Shown: positions 22,110 through 37,100 of the stretch, piece by piece
How the letters are laid out: the number at the start of each line of letters is the position of its first letter
How positions within the stretch are numbered: position 1 is the first letter of the stretch
NCBI GenBank assembly: GCA_040954595.2
Contig: CM082590.2
Location: 3,224,001 to 3,288,000, forward strand
Origin: Balanoglossus misakiensis
Lineage: Eukaryota; Animalia; Hemichordata
Direction of reading: 5' to 3'
DNA: 64,000 bases
The notes under the pieces: model-generated
Databases searched by the model: none
What the model saw: the letters and a program-made list of their open reading frames with translations, nothing else
What the model was told of the DNA's origin: nothing
Program-made: the position numbers and the translations under genes

Positions 22110-25100
22110 TATAGACTCTGTAGATCGAGAGATAGTTCTAAAATGTCCATGGTTGCTTCCAAACACAGCCTCGTTTGTTTACAAAATTCTGTTGTGATGC
22201 GCAGAACACATATATAGGCCTATGCGCATAATAACGTTTTCCACTAGACTCTGTAGATCGACGGATAGTTGTAAAATTTCCATGGTTGCTTCCAAACAGC
22301 CTCGTTTATTTACCGAATTCTGTTGTGAGGCGCAGAACACATAGATAGGCATATGTGCATAAGAAAGTTTTCCACTATAGACTCTGTAGATCGAGAGATA
22401 GTTCTAAAATGTCCATTGTTGCTACCAAACACAGCCTCGTTTGTTTACAAAATTCTGTTGTGATGCGCAGAACACATATATAGGCCTATGCGCATAAGAA
22501 CGTTTCCACTAGACTCTGTAGATCGACGGATAGCTGTAAAATTTCCATGGTTGCTTCCAAACAGCCTCGTTTATTTACCGATTTCTGTTGTGAGGCGCAG
22601 AACACATGATAGGCCTATGCGCATGAGACATTTTTCCACTAGACTCTGTAGATCGACGGATAGTTGTAAAATTTCATGGTTGCTTCCAAATACAGCCTCG
22701 TTTATTTAGCGATTTCTGTTGTGATGCGCATAACACATAGATAGGCCTATGCGCATAAGAACGTTTTCCACTAGACTTTGTAGATCGACGGATAGTTGTA
22801 CAATGTCCATGGTTGCTTCCAAACAGCCTCGTTTATTTACCGAATTCTGTTGTGAGGCGCAGAACACGTAATAGGTCTATGCGCATAAGGAAGTTTTCCA
22901 CCAGACTCTGTAGATCGACGGATAGTTGTAAAATTTCATGGTTGCTTCCAAATACAGCCTCGTTTATTTACCGATTTCTGTTGTGATGCGCATAACACAT
23001 AGATAGGCCTATGCGCATAAGAACGTTTTCCACTAGACTCTGTAGATCGACGGATAGTTGTACAATTTCCATGGTTGCTTCCAAACAGCCTCGTTTATTT
23101 ACCGATTTCTGTTGTGAGGCACAGAACACATGATAGGCCTATGCGCATAAGACATTTTTCCACTAGACTCTGTAGATCGACGGATAGTTCTAAAATTTCC
23201 ATGGTTGCTTCCAAACAGCCTCGTTTATTTACCGAATTCTGTTGTGAGGCGCAGAGCACGTAATAGGCCTATGCGCATAAGAAAGTTTTCCACCAGACTC
23301 TGTAGATCGACGGATAGTTGTAAAATTTCCATGGTTGCTTCCAAACAGCCTCGTTTATTTACCGATTTCTGTTGTGATGCGCAGAACACATAGATAGGCA
23401 TATGTGCATAATAAAGTTTTCCACTAGACTCTGTAGATCGAGAGATAGTTCTAAAATTTCCATGGTTGCTTCCAAACACAGCCTCGTTTGTTTACAAAAT
23501 TCTGTTGTGATGCGCAGAACACATATATAGGCCTATGCGCATAATAACGTTTTCCACTAGACTCTGTAGATCGACGGATAGTTGTAAAATTTCCATGGTT
23601 GCTTCCAAACAGCCTCGTTTATTTACCGAATTCTGTTGTGAGGCGCAGAACACATAGATAGGCATATGTGCATAAGAAAGTTTTCCACTATAGACTCTGT
23701 AGATCGAGAGATAGTTCTAAAATGTCCATGGTTGCTTCCAAACACAGCCTCGTTTATTTACCGATTTCTGTTGTGATGCGCATAACACATAGATAGGCCT
23801 ATGCGCATAAGAACGTTTTCCACTAGACTCTGTAGATCGACGGATAGTTGTACAATTTCCATGGTTGCTTCCAAACAGCATCGTTTATTTACCGAATTCT
23901 GTTGTGAGGCGCAGAACACGTAATAGGTCTATGCGCATAAGGAAGTTTTCCACCAGACTCTGTAGATCGACGGATAGTTGTAAAATTTCAAGATTGCTTC
24001 CAAATACAGCCTCGTTTATTTACCGATTTCTGTTGTGATGCGCATAGATAGGCCTATGCGCATAAGAACGTTTTCCACTAGACTATGTAGATCGACGGAT
24101 AGTTGTACAATTTCCATGGTTGCTTCCAAACAGCCTCGTTTATTTACCGATTTCTGTTGTGAGGCGCAGAACACATGATAGGCCTATGCGCATAAGACAT
24201 TTTTCCACTAGACTCTGTAGATCGACGGATAGTTCTAAAATTTCCATGGTTGCTTCCAAACAGCCTCGTTTATTTACCGAATTCTGTTGTGAGGCGCAGA
24301 GCACGTAATAGGCCTATGCGCATAAGAAAGTTTTCCACCAGACTCCTTAGATCGACGGATAGTTGTAAAATTTCCATGGTTGTTTCCAAACACAGCCTCG
24401 TTCATTTATAAAATTCTGTTGTGATGCGCTGAACACATACATATGCCTATGCGCATAAGAAAGTTTCCCACTAGACTCTGTAGATCGACGGATAGTTCTA
24501 AAATTTCCATGATTGCTTCCAAACACATCCTCGATTGTTTACAAAATTCTGTTGTGATGCGCAGAACACATATATAGGCCTATGCGCATATGAATGTTTT
24601 CCACTATACTCCGTAGATCGACAGATAGTTCTAAAATTTCCATTGTTGCTTCCAAACAAAGCCTCGTTTGTTTACAAAATTCTGTTGTGATGTGCATAAC
24701 ACATGATAGGCCTATGCGCACATGAACGTTTTTCCACTAGACTCTGTAGATCGACGGATAGTTCTAAAATTTACATGGTTGCTTCCAAACAGCCTCGTTT
24801 ATTTACCGATTTCTGTTGTGAGGCGCAGAACACGTAATAGGCCTATGCGCATAAGAAAGTTTTCCACCAGACTCTGTAGATCGACGGATAGTTGTAAAAT
24901 TTACATGGTTGCTTCCAAATACAGCCTCGTTTATTTACCGATTTCTGTTGTGATGCGCATAATACATAGATAGGCCTATGTGCATAATAAAGTTTTCCAC
25001 TAGACTCTGTAGATCGAGAGATAGTTCTAAAATTTCCATGGTTGTTTCCAAACACAGCCTCGTTCATTTACAAAATTCTGTTGTGATGCGCTGAACACAT

Positions 25101-28100
25101 ACATATGCCTATGCGCATAAGAAACTTTCCCACTAGACTCTGTAGATCGACGGATAGTTCTAAAATTTCCATGATTGCTTCCAAACACATCCTCGATTAT
25201 TTACAAAATTCTGTTGTGATGCGCAGAACACATATATAGGCCTATGCGCATATGAACGTTTTCCACTATACTCCGTAGATCGACGGATAGTTCTAAAATT
25301 TCCATTGTTGCTTCCAAACAGCCTCGTTTATTTACCGAATTCTGTTGTGAGGCGCAGAACACGTAATAGGCCTATGCGCATAAGAAACTTTTCAACTTTA
25401 GATCGAGAGATAGTTCTAAAATTTCCATGGTTGTTTCCAAACACAGCCTCGTTCATTTACAAAATTCTGTTGTGATGCGCTGAACACATACATATGCCTA
25501 TGCGCATAAGAAAGTTTCCCACTAGACTCTGTAGATCGACGGATAGTTCTAAAATTTCCATGATTGCTTCCAAACACATCCTCGATTGTTTACAAAATTC
25601 TGTTGTGATGCGCAGAACACATATATAGGCCTATGCGCATATGAACGTTTTCCACTATACTCCGTAGATCGACAGATAGTTCTAAAATTTCCAATGTTGC
25701 TTCCAAACAAAGCCTCGTTTGTTTACAAAATTATGTTGTGATGTGCATAACACATGATAGGCCTATGCGCATATGAACGTTTTCCACTATACACTGTAGA
25801 TCGAGAGATAGTTCTAAAATTTCCATGGTTGCTTCCAAACAGCCTCGTTTATTTACCGAATTCTGTTGTTAGGCGCAGAACACGTAATAGGCCTATGCGC
25901 ATAAGAAAGTTTTCCACCAAACTCTGTAGATCGACGGATAGTTGTAAAATTTACATGGTTGCCTCCAAATACAGCCTCGTTTATTTAGCGATTTCTGTTG
26001 TGATGCGCATAATACATAGATAGGCAAATGTGCATAATAAAGTTTTCCACTAGACTCTGTAGATCGAGAGATAGTTCTAAAATTTCCATGGTTGTTTCCA
26101 AACACATCCTCGATTGTTTACAAAATTATGTTGTGATGCGCAGAACACATATATAGGCCTATGCGCATATGAACGTTTTCCACTATACTCCGTAGATCGA
26201 CAGATAGTTCTAAAATTTCCAATGTTGCTTCCAAACAAAGCCTCGTTTGTTTACAAAATTATGTTGTGATGTGCATAACACATGATAGCATATGCGCATA
26301 TGAACGTTTTCCACTATACTCTGTAGATCGAGAGATAGTTCTAAAATTTCCACGGTTGCTTCCAAACAAAGCCTCGTTTGTTTACAAAATTATGTTGTGA
26401 TGTGCATAACACATGATAGGCCTATGCGCATATGAACGTTTTCCACTATACTCTGTAGATCGAGAGATAGTTCTAAAATTTCCACGGTTGCTTCCAAACA
26501 AAGCCTCGTTTGTTTACAAAATTCTGTTGTGATGCGCAGAACACATATATAGGCCTATGCGCATATGAACGTTTTCCACTAGACTCTGTATATCGACGGA
26601 TAGTTGTAAAATTTCCATGGTTGCTTCCAAACAGCCTCGTTTATTTACCGAATTCTGTTGTGAGGCGCAGAACACATAGATAGGCATATGTGCATAAGAA
26701 CGTTTTCCACTATAGACTCTGTAGATCGAGAGATAGTTCTAAAATGTCCATGGTTGCTACCAAACACAGCCTCGTTTGTTTACAAAATTCTGTTGTGATG
26801 CGCAGAACACATATATAGGCCTATGCGCATAAGAACGTTTCCACTAGACTCTGTAGATCGACGGATAGCTGTAAAATTTCCATGGTTGCTTCCAAACAGC
26901 CTCGTTTATTTACCGATTTCTGTTGTGATGCGCAGAACACATAGATAGGCATATGTGCATAATAAAGTTTTCCACTAGACTCTGTAGATCGAGAGATAGT
27001 TCTAAAATTTCCATGGTTGCTTCCAAACACAGCCTCGTTTGTTTACAAAATTCTGTTGTGATGCGCAGAACACATATATAGGCCTATGCGCATAATAACG
27101 TTTTCCACTAGACTCTGTAGATCGACGGATAGTTGTAAAATTTCCATGGTTGCTTCCAAACAGCCTCGTTTATTTACCGAATTCTGTTGTGAGGCGCAGA
27201 ACACATAGATAGGCATATGTGCATAAGAAAGTTTTCCACTATAGACTCTGTAGATCGAGAGATAGTTCTAAAATGTCCATGGTTGCTACCAAACACAGCC
27301 TCGTTTGTTTACAAAATTCTGTTGTGATGCGCAGAACACATATATAGGCCTATGCGCATAAGAACGTTTCCACTAGATTCTGTAGATCGACGGATAGCTG
27401 TAAAATTTCCATGGTTGCTTCCAAACAGCCTCGTTTATTTACCGATTTCTGTTGTGAGGCGCAGAACACATGATAGGCCTATGCGCATGAGACATTTTTC
27501 CACTAGACTCTGTAGATCGACGGATAGTTGTAAAATTTCATGGTTGCTTCCAAATACAGCCTCGTTTATTTAGCGATTTCTGTTGTGATGCGCATAACAC
27601 ATAGATAGGCCTATGCGCATAAGAACGTTTTCCACTAGACTTTGTAGATCGACGGATAGTTGTACAATGTCCATGGTTGCTTCCAAACAGCCTCGTTTAT
27701 TTACCGAATTCTGTTGTGAGGCGCAGAACACGTAATAGGTCTATGCGCATAAGGAAGTTTTTCACCAGACTCTGTAGATCGACGGATAGTTGTACAATTT
27801 CCATGGTTGCTTCCAAACAGCCTCGTTTATTTACCGATTTCTGTTGTGAGGCACAGAGAACACATGATAGGCCTATGCGCATAAGACATTTTTCCACTAG
27901 ACTCTGTAGATCGACGGATAGTTCTAAAATTTCCATGGTTGCTTCCAAACAGCCTCGTTTATTTACCGAATTCTGTTGTGAGGCGCAGAGCACGTAATAG
28001 GCCTATGCGCATAAGAAAGTTTTCCACCAGACTCTGTAGATCGACGGATAGTTGTACAATTTCCATGGTTGCTTCCAAACAGCCTCGTTTATTTACCGAT

Positions 28101-31100
28101 TTCTGTTGTGATGCGCAGAACACATAGATAGGCATATGTGCATAATAAAGTTTTCCACTAGACTCTGTAGATCGAGAGATAGTTCTAAAATTTCCATGGT
28201 TGCTTCCAAACACAGCCTCGTTTGTTTACAAAATTCTGTTGTGATGCGCAGAACACATATATAGGCCTATGCGCATAATAACGTTTTCCACTAGACTCTG
28301 TAGATCGACGGATAGTTGTAAAATTTCCATGGTTGCTTCCAAACAGCCTCGTTTATTTACCGAATTCTGTTGTGAGGCGCAGAACACATAGATAGGCATA
28401 TGTGCATAAGAAAGTTTTCCACTATAGACTCTGTAGATCGAGAGATAGTTCTAAAATGTCCATGGTTGCTTCCAAACACAGCCTCGTTTGTTTACAAAAT
28501 TCTGTTGTGATACGCAGAACACATATATAGGCCTATGCGCATAAGAACGTTTCCACTAGACTCTGTAGATCGACGGATAGCTGTAAAATTTCCATGGTTG
28601 CTTTTAAACAGCCTCGCTTATTTACCGATTTCTGTTGTGAGGCGCAGAACACATAGATAGGCCTATGTGCATAAGAAAGTTTTCCACTATAGACTCTGTA
28701 GATCGAGAGATAGTTCTAAAATGTCCATGGTTGCTTCCAAACACAGCCTCGTTTATTTACCGATTTCTGTTGTGATGCGCATAACACATAGATAGGCCTA
28801 TGCGCAAATGAACGTTTTCCACTATACTCTGTAGATCAAGAGATAGTTCTAAAATTTCCATGGTTGCTTCCAAACTCCGCTTCGTTTGTTTACAAAATTC
28901 TGTTGTGATGCGCATAACACATAGATAGGCCTATGCGCATATGAACGTTTTCCACTATACTCTGTAGATCGACAGATAGTTCTAAAATTTCCATGTTTGC
29001 TTCCAAACAGCCTCGTTTATTTAGCGGTTTCTGTTGTGATGCGCATAATACATAGATAGGCCTATGCGCATAAGAACGTTTTCGAATAGACTCTGTAGAT
29101 CGACGGATAGTTCTAAAATTTCCATGGTTGCTTCCAAACAGCCTCGTTTATTTACCGAATTCTGTTGTGAGGCGCAGAACACGTAATAGGCCTATGCGCA
29201 TAAGAAACTTTTCCACCAGACTCTGTAGATCGACGGATAGTTGTAAAATTTCCATGGTTGTTTCCAAACAGCCTCGTTTATTTACCGAATTCTGTTGTGA
29301 TGCGTAGAACACATACATATGCCTTTGCGCATAAGAAAGTTTTCCACCAGACTCTGTAGATCGACGGATAGTTGTAAAATTTACATGGTTGCTTCCAAAT
29401 ACAGCCTCGTTTATTTAGCGGTTTCTGTTGTGATGCGCATAATACATAGATAGGCCTATGCGCATAAGAACGTTTTCGACTAGACTCTGTAGATCGACGG
29501 ATAGTTCTAAAATTTCCATGGTTGCTTCCAAACAGCCTCGTTTATTTACCGAATTCTGTTGTGAGGCGCAGAACACGTAATAGGCCTATGCGCAAAAGAA
29601 ACTTTTCCACCAGACTCTGTAGATCGACGGATAGTTGTAAAATTTCCATGGTTGTTTCCAAACAGCCTCGTTTAATTACCGAATTCTGTTGTGATGCGTA
29701 GAACACATACATATGCCTTTGCGCATAAGAAATTTTTCTACTAGACTCCGTAGATCGACGGATAGTTCTAAAATTTCCATGGTTGCTTCCAAACAAAGCA
29801 TCGTTTGTTTACAAAATTCTGTTGTGATGCGCAGAACACATAGAGAGGCCTATGCGCATAAGAAAGTTTTCCACTAGACTCTGTATATCGACGGATAGTT
29901 CTAAAATTTCCATGGTTGCTTCCAAACACATCCTCGTTTGTTTACAAAATTATGTTGTGATGCGCATAATACATAGATAGGCCTATGCGCATAAGAACGT
30001 TTTCCAGTAGACTCTGTAGATCGACGGATAGTTCTAAAATTTCCATGGTTGCTTCCAAACAGCCTCGTTTATTTACCGAATTCTGTTGTGATGCGTAGAA
30101 TACATACATATGCCTATGCGCATAAGAAATTTTACCACTAGACTCCGTAGATCGACGGATAGTTGTAAAATTTCCATGGTTGCTTCCAAACAAAGCATCG
30201 TTTGTTTACAAAATTCTGTTGTGATGCGCAGAACACATAGATAGGCCAATGCGCATATGAACGTTTTCCACTATACTCTGTAGATCGACGGATAGTTCTA
30301 AAATTTCCATGGTTGCTTCCAAACAGCCTCGTTTATTTACCGATTTCTGTTGTGATGCGCAGAACACATAGATAGGCATATGTGCATAATAAAGTTTTCC
30401 ACTAGACTCTGTAGATCGAGAGATAGTTCTAAAATTTCCATGGTTGCTTCCAAACACAGCCTCGTTTGTTTACAAAATTCTGTTGTGATGCGCAGAACAC
30501 ATATATAGGCCTATGCGCATAAAAACGTTTTCCACTAGACTCTGTAGATCGACGGATAGTTGTAAAATTTCCATGGTTGCTTCCAAACAGCCTCGTTTAT
30601 TTACCGAATTCTGTTGTGAGGCGCAGAACACATAGAGAGGCATATGTGCATAAGAAAGTTTTCCACTATAGACTCTGTAGATCGAGAGATAGTTCTAAAA
30701 TGTCCATGGTTGCTTCCAAACACAGCCTCGTTTGTTTACAAAATTCTGTTGTGATACGCAGAACACATATATAGGCCTATGCGCATAAGAACGTTTCCAC
30801 TAGACTCTGTAGATCGACGGATAGCTGTAAAATTTCCATGGTTGCTTTTAAACAGCCTCGCTTATTTACCGATTTCTGTTGTGAGGCGCAGAACACATAG
30901 ATAGGCCTATGTGCATAAGAAAGTTTTCCACTATAGACTCTGTAGATCGAGAGATAGTTCTAAAATGTCCATGGTTGCTTCCAAACACAGCCTCGTTTAT
31001 TTACCGATTTCTGTTGTGATGCGCATAACACATAGATAGGCCTATGCGCAAATGAACGTTTTCCACTATACTCTGTAGATCAAGAGATAGTTCTAAAATT

Positions 31101-34100
31101 TCCATGGTTGCTTCCAAACTCCGCTTCGTTTGTTTACAAAATTCTGTTGTGATGCGCATAACACATAGATAGGCCTATGCGCATATGAACGTTTTCCACT
31201 ATACTCTGTAGATCGACAGATAGTTCTAAAATTTCCATGTTTGCTTCCAAACAGCCTCGTTTATTTACGGAATTCTGTTGTGAGGCGCATAACACATAGA
31301 TAGGCCTATGCGCATATGAAAGTTTTCCACTATACTCTGTAGATCGAGAGATAGTTCTAAAATTTCCACGGTTGCTTCCAAACAGCCTCGTTTATTTACG
31401 GAATTCTGTTGTGAGGCGCAGAACACATGATAGGCCTATGCGCATAAGACATTTTTCCAATAGACTCTGTAGATCGACGGATAGTTCTAAAATTTCCATG
31501 GTTGCTTCCAAACAGCCTCGTTTATTTACCGAATTCTGTTGTTAGGCGCAGAACACGTAATAGGCCTATGCGCATAAGAAAGTTTTCCACCAGACTCTGT
31601 AGATCGACGGATAGTTGTAAAATTTACATGGTTGCTTCCAAATACAGCCTCGTTTATTTAGCGGTTTCTGTTGTGATGCGCATAATACATAGATAGGCCT
31701 ATGCGCATAAGAACGTTTTCGACTAGACTCTGTAGATCGACGGATAGTTCTAAAATTTCCATGGTTGCTTCCAAACAGCCTCGTTTATTTACCGAATTCT
31801 GTTGTGAGGCGCAGAACACGTAATAGGCCTATGCGCATAAGAAACTTTTCCACCAGACTCTGTAGATCGACGGATAGTTGTAAAATTTCCATGGTTGTTT
31901 CCAAACAGCCTCGTTTATTTACCGAATTCTGTTGTGATGCGTAGAACACATACATATGCCTTTGCGCATAAGAAAGTTTTCCACCAGACTCTGTAGATCA
32001 ACGGATAGTTGTAAAATTTACATGGTTGCTTCCAAATACAGCCTCGTTTATTTAGCGGTTTCTGTTGTGATGCGCATAATACATAGATAGGCCTATGCGC
32101 ATAAGAACGTTTTCGACTAGACTCTGTAGATCGACGGATAGTTCTAAAATTTCCATGGTTGCTTCCAAACAGCCTCGTTTATTTACCGAATTCTGTTGTG
32201 AGGCGCAGAACACGTAATAGGCCTATGCGCAAAAGAAACTTTTCCACCAGACTCTGTAGATCGACGGATAGTTGTAAAATTTCCATGGTTGTTTCCAAAC
32301 AGCCTCGTTTAATTACCGAATTCTGTTGTGATGCGTAGAACACATACATATGCCTTTGCGCATAAGAAATTTTTCTACTAGACTCCGTAGATCGACGGAT
32401 AGTTCTAAAATTTCCATGGTTGCTTCCAAACAAAGCATCGTTTGTTTACAAAATTCTGTTGTGATGCGCAGAACACATAGAGAGGCCTATGCGCATAAGA
32501 AAGTTTTCCACTAGACTCTGTATATCGACGGATAGTTCTAAAATTTCCATGGTTGCTTCCAAACACATCCTCGTTTGTTTACAAAATTATGTTGTGATGC
32601 GCATAATACATAGATAGGCCTATGCGCATAAGAACGTTTTCCAGTAGACTCTGTAGATCGACGGATAGTTCTAAAATTTCCATGGTTGCTTCCAAACAGC
32701 CTCGTTTATTTACCGAATTCTGTTGTGATGCGTAGAATACATACATATGCCTATGCGCATAAGAAATTTTACCACTAGACTCCGTAGATCGACGGATAGT
32801 TCTAAAATTTCCATGGTTGCTTCCAAACAAAGCATCGTTTGTTTACAAAATTCTGTTGTGATGCGCAGAACACATAGATAGGCCTATGCGCATATGAACG
32901 TTTTCCACTATACTCTGTAGATCGACGGATAGTTCTAAAATTTCCATGGTTGCTTCCAAACAGCCTCGTTTATTTACAGAATTCTGTTGTGAGACGCAGA
33001 ACACATACATATGCCTATGCGCATAAGAAATTTTTCCACTAGACTCCGTAGATCGACGGATAGTTGTAAAATTTACATGGTTGCTTCCAAATACAGCCTC
33101 GTTTATTAAGCGATTTCTGTTGTGATGCGCATAATACATAGATAGGCCTATGCGCATAAGAACGTTTTTCACTAGACTCTGTAGATCGACGGATAGTTCT
33201 AAAATTTCCATGGTTGCTTCCAAACAGCCTCGTTTATTTACCGAATTCTGTTGTGAGGCGCAGAACACGTAATAGGCCTATGCGCAAAAGAGACTTTTCC
33301 ACCAGACTCTGTAGATCGACGGATAGTTCTAAAATTTCCATGGTTGCTTCCAAACAGCCTCGTTTATTTACCGAATTCTGTTGTGAGGCGCAGAGCACAT
33401 ACATATGCCTATGCGCATAAGAAAGTTTTCCACCAGACTCTGTAGATCGACGGATAGTTGTACAATTTCCATGGTTGCTTCCAAACAGCCTCGTTTATTT
33501 ACCGATTTCTGTTGTGATGCGCAGAACACATAGATAGGCATATGTGCATAATAAAGTTTTCCACTAGACTCTGTAGATCGAGAGATAGTTCTAAAATTTC
33601 CATGGTTGCTTCCAAACACAGCCTCGTTTGTTTACAAAATTCTGTTGTGATGCGCAGAACACATATATAGGCCTATGCGCATAATAACGTTTTCCACTAG
33701 ACTCTGTAGATCGACGGATAGCTGTAAAATTTCCATGGTTGCTTTTAAACAGCCTCGCTTATTTACCGATTTCTGTTGTGAGGCGCAGAACACATAGATA
33801 GGCCTATGTGCATAAGAAAGTTTTCCACTATAGACTCTGTAGATCGAGAGATAGTTCTAAAATGTCCATGGTTGCTTCCAAACACAGCCTCGTTTATTTA
33901 CCGATTTCTGTTGTGATGCGCATAACACATAGATAGGCCTATGCGCAAATGAACGTTTTCCACTATACTCTGTAGATCAAGAGATAGTTCTAAAATTTCC
34001 ATGGTTGCTTCCAAACTCCGCTTCGTTTGTTTACAAAATTCTGTTGTGATGCGCATAACACATAGATAGGCCTATGCGCATATGAACGTTTTCCACTATA

Positions 34101-37100
34101 CTCTGTAGATCGACAGATAGTTCTAAAATTTCCATGTTTGCTTCCAAACAGCCTCGTTTATTTACGGAATTCTGTTGTGAGGCGCATAACACATAGATAG
34201 GCCTATGCGCATATGAAAGTTTTCCACTATACTCTGTAGATCGAGAGATAGTTCTAAAATTTCCACGGTTGCTTCCAAACAGCCTCGTTTATTTACGGAA
34301 TTCTGTTGTGAGGCGCAGAACACATGATAGGCCTATGCGCATAAGACATTTTTCCAATAGACTCTGTAGATCGACGGATAGTTGTAAAATTTCCATGGTT
34401 GCTTCCAAACAGCCTCGTTTATTTACCGAATTCTGTTGTTAGGCGCAGAACACGTAATAGGCCTATGCGCATAAGAAAGTTTTCCACCAGACTCTGTAGA
34501 TCGACGGATAGTTGTAAAATTTACATGGTTGCTTCCAAATACAGCCTCGTTTATTTAGCGGTTTCTGTTGTGATTCGCATAATACATAGATAGGCCTATG
34601 CGCATAAGAACGTTTTCGAATAGACTCTGTAGATCGACGGATAGTTCTAAAATTTCCATGGTTGCTTCCAAACAGCCTCGTTTATTTACCGAATTCTGTT
34701 GTGAGGCGCAGAACACGTAATAGGCCTATGCGCATAAGAAACTTTTCCACCAGACTCTGTAGATCGACGGATAGTTGTAAAATTTCCATGGTTGTTTCCA
34801 AACAGCCTCGTTTATTTACCGAATTCTGTTGTGATGCGTAGAACACATACATATGCCTTTGCGCATAAGAAAGTTTTCCACCAGACTCTGTAGATCGACG
34901 GATAGTTGTAAAATTTACATGGTTGCTTCCAAATACAGCCTCGTTTATTTAGCGGTTTCTGTTGTGATGCGCATAATACATAGATAGGCCTATGCGCATA
35001 AGAACGTTTTCGACTAGACTCTGTAGATCGACGGATAGTTCTAAAATTTCCATGGTTGCTTCCAAACAGCCTCGTTTATTTACCGAATTCTGTTGTGAGG
35101 CGCAGAACACGTAATAGGCCTATGCGCAAAAGAAACTTTTCCACCAGACTCTGTAGATCGACGGATAGTTGTAAAATTTCCATGGTTGTTTCCAAACAGC
35201 CTCGTTTAATTACCGAATTCTGTTGTGATGCGTAGAACACATACATATGCCTTTGCGCATAAGAAATTTTTCTACTAGACTCCGTAGATCGACGGATAGT
35301 TCTAAAATTTCCATGGTTGCTTCCAAACAAAGCATCGTTTGTTTACAAAATTCTGTTGTGATGCGCAGAACACATAGAGAGGCCTATGCGCATAAGAAAG
35401 TTTTCCACTAGACTCTGTATATCGACGGATAGTTCTAAAATTTCCATGGTTGCTTCCAAACACATCCTCGTTTGTTTACAAAATTATGTTGTGATGCGCA
35501 TAATACATAGATAGGCCTATGCGCATAAGAACGTTTTCCAGTAGACTCTGTAGATCGACGGATAGTTCTAAAATTTCCATGGTTGCTTCCAAACAGCCTC
35601 GTTTATTTACCGAATTCTGTTGTGATGCGTAGAATATATAAATATGCCTATGCGCATAAGAAATTTTACCACTACACTCCGTAGATCGACGGATAGTTGT
35701 AAAATTTCCATGGTTGCTTCCAAACAAAGCATCGTTTGTTTACAAAATTCTGTTGTGATGCGCAGAACACATAGATAGGCCTATGCGCATATGAACGTTT
35801 TCCACTATACTCTGTAGATCGACAGATAGTTCTAAAATTTCCATGGTTGCTTCCAAACAGCCTCGTTTATTTACCGATTTCTGTTGTGATGCGCAGAACA
35901 CATAGATAGGCATATGTGCATAATAAAGTTTTCCACTAGACTCTGTAGATCGAGAGATAGTTCTAAAATTTCCATGGTTGCTTCCAAACACAGCCTCGTT
36001 TGTTTACAAAATTCTGTTGTGATGCGCAGAACACATATATAGGCCTATGCGCATAATAACGTTTTCCACTAGACTCTGTAGATCGACGGATAGTTGTAAA
36101 ATTTCCATGGTTGCTTCCAAACAGCCTCGTTTATTTACCGAATTCTGTTGTGAGGCGCAGAACACATAGATAGGCATATGTGCATAAGAAAGTTTTCCAC
36201 TATAGACTCTGTAGATCGAGAGATAGTTCTAAAATGTCCATGGTTGCTTCCAAACACAGCCTCGTTTGTTTACAAAATTCTGTTGTGATACGCAGAACAC
36301 ATATATAGGCCTATGCGCATAAGAACGTTTCCACTAGACTCTGTAGATCGACGGATAGCTGTAAAATTTCCATGGTTGCTTTTAAACAGCCTCGCTTATT
36401 TACCGATTTCTGTTGTGAGGCGCAGAACACATAGATAGGCCTATGTGCATAAGAAAGTTTTCCACTATAGACTCTGTAGATCGAGAGATAGTTCTAAAAT
36501 GTCCATGGTTGCTTCCAAACACAGCCTCGTTTATTTACCGATTTCTGTTGTGATGCGCATAACACATAGATAGGCCTATGCGCAAATGAACGTTTTCCAC
36601 TATACTCTGTAGATCAAGAGATAGTTCTAAAATTTCCATGGTTGCTTCCAAACTCCGCTTCGTTTGTTTACAAAATTCTGTTGTGATGCGCATAACACAT
36701 AGATAGGCCTATGCGCATATGAACGTTTTCCACTATACTCTGTAGATCGACAGATAGTTCTAAAATTTCCATGTTTGCTTCCAAACAGCCTCGTTTATTT
36801 ACGGAATTCTGTTGTGAGGCGCATAACACATAGATAGGCCTATGCGCATATGAAAGTTTTCCACTATACTCTGTAGATCGAGAGATAGTTCTAAAATTTC
36901 CACGGTTGCTTCCAAACAGCCTCGTTTATTTACGGAATTCTGTTGTGAGGCGCAGAACACATGATAGGCCTATGCGCATAAGACATTTTTCCAATAGACT
37001 CTGTAGATCGACGGATAGTTCTAAAATTTCCATGGTTGCTTCCAAACAGCCTCGTTTATTTACCGAATTCTGTTGTTAGGCGCAGAACACGTAATAGGCC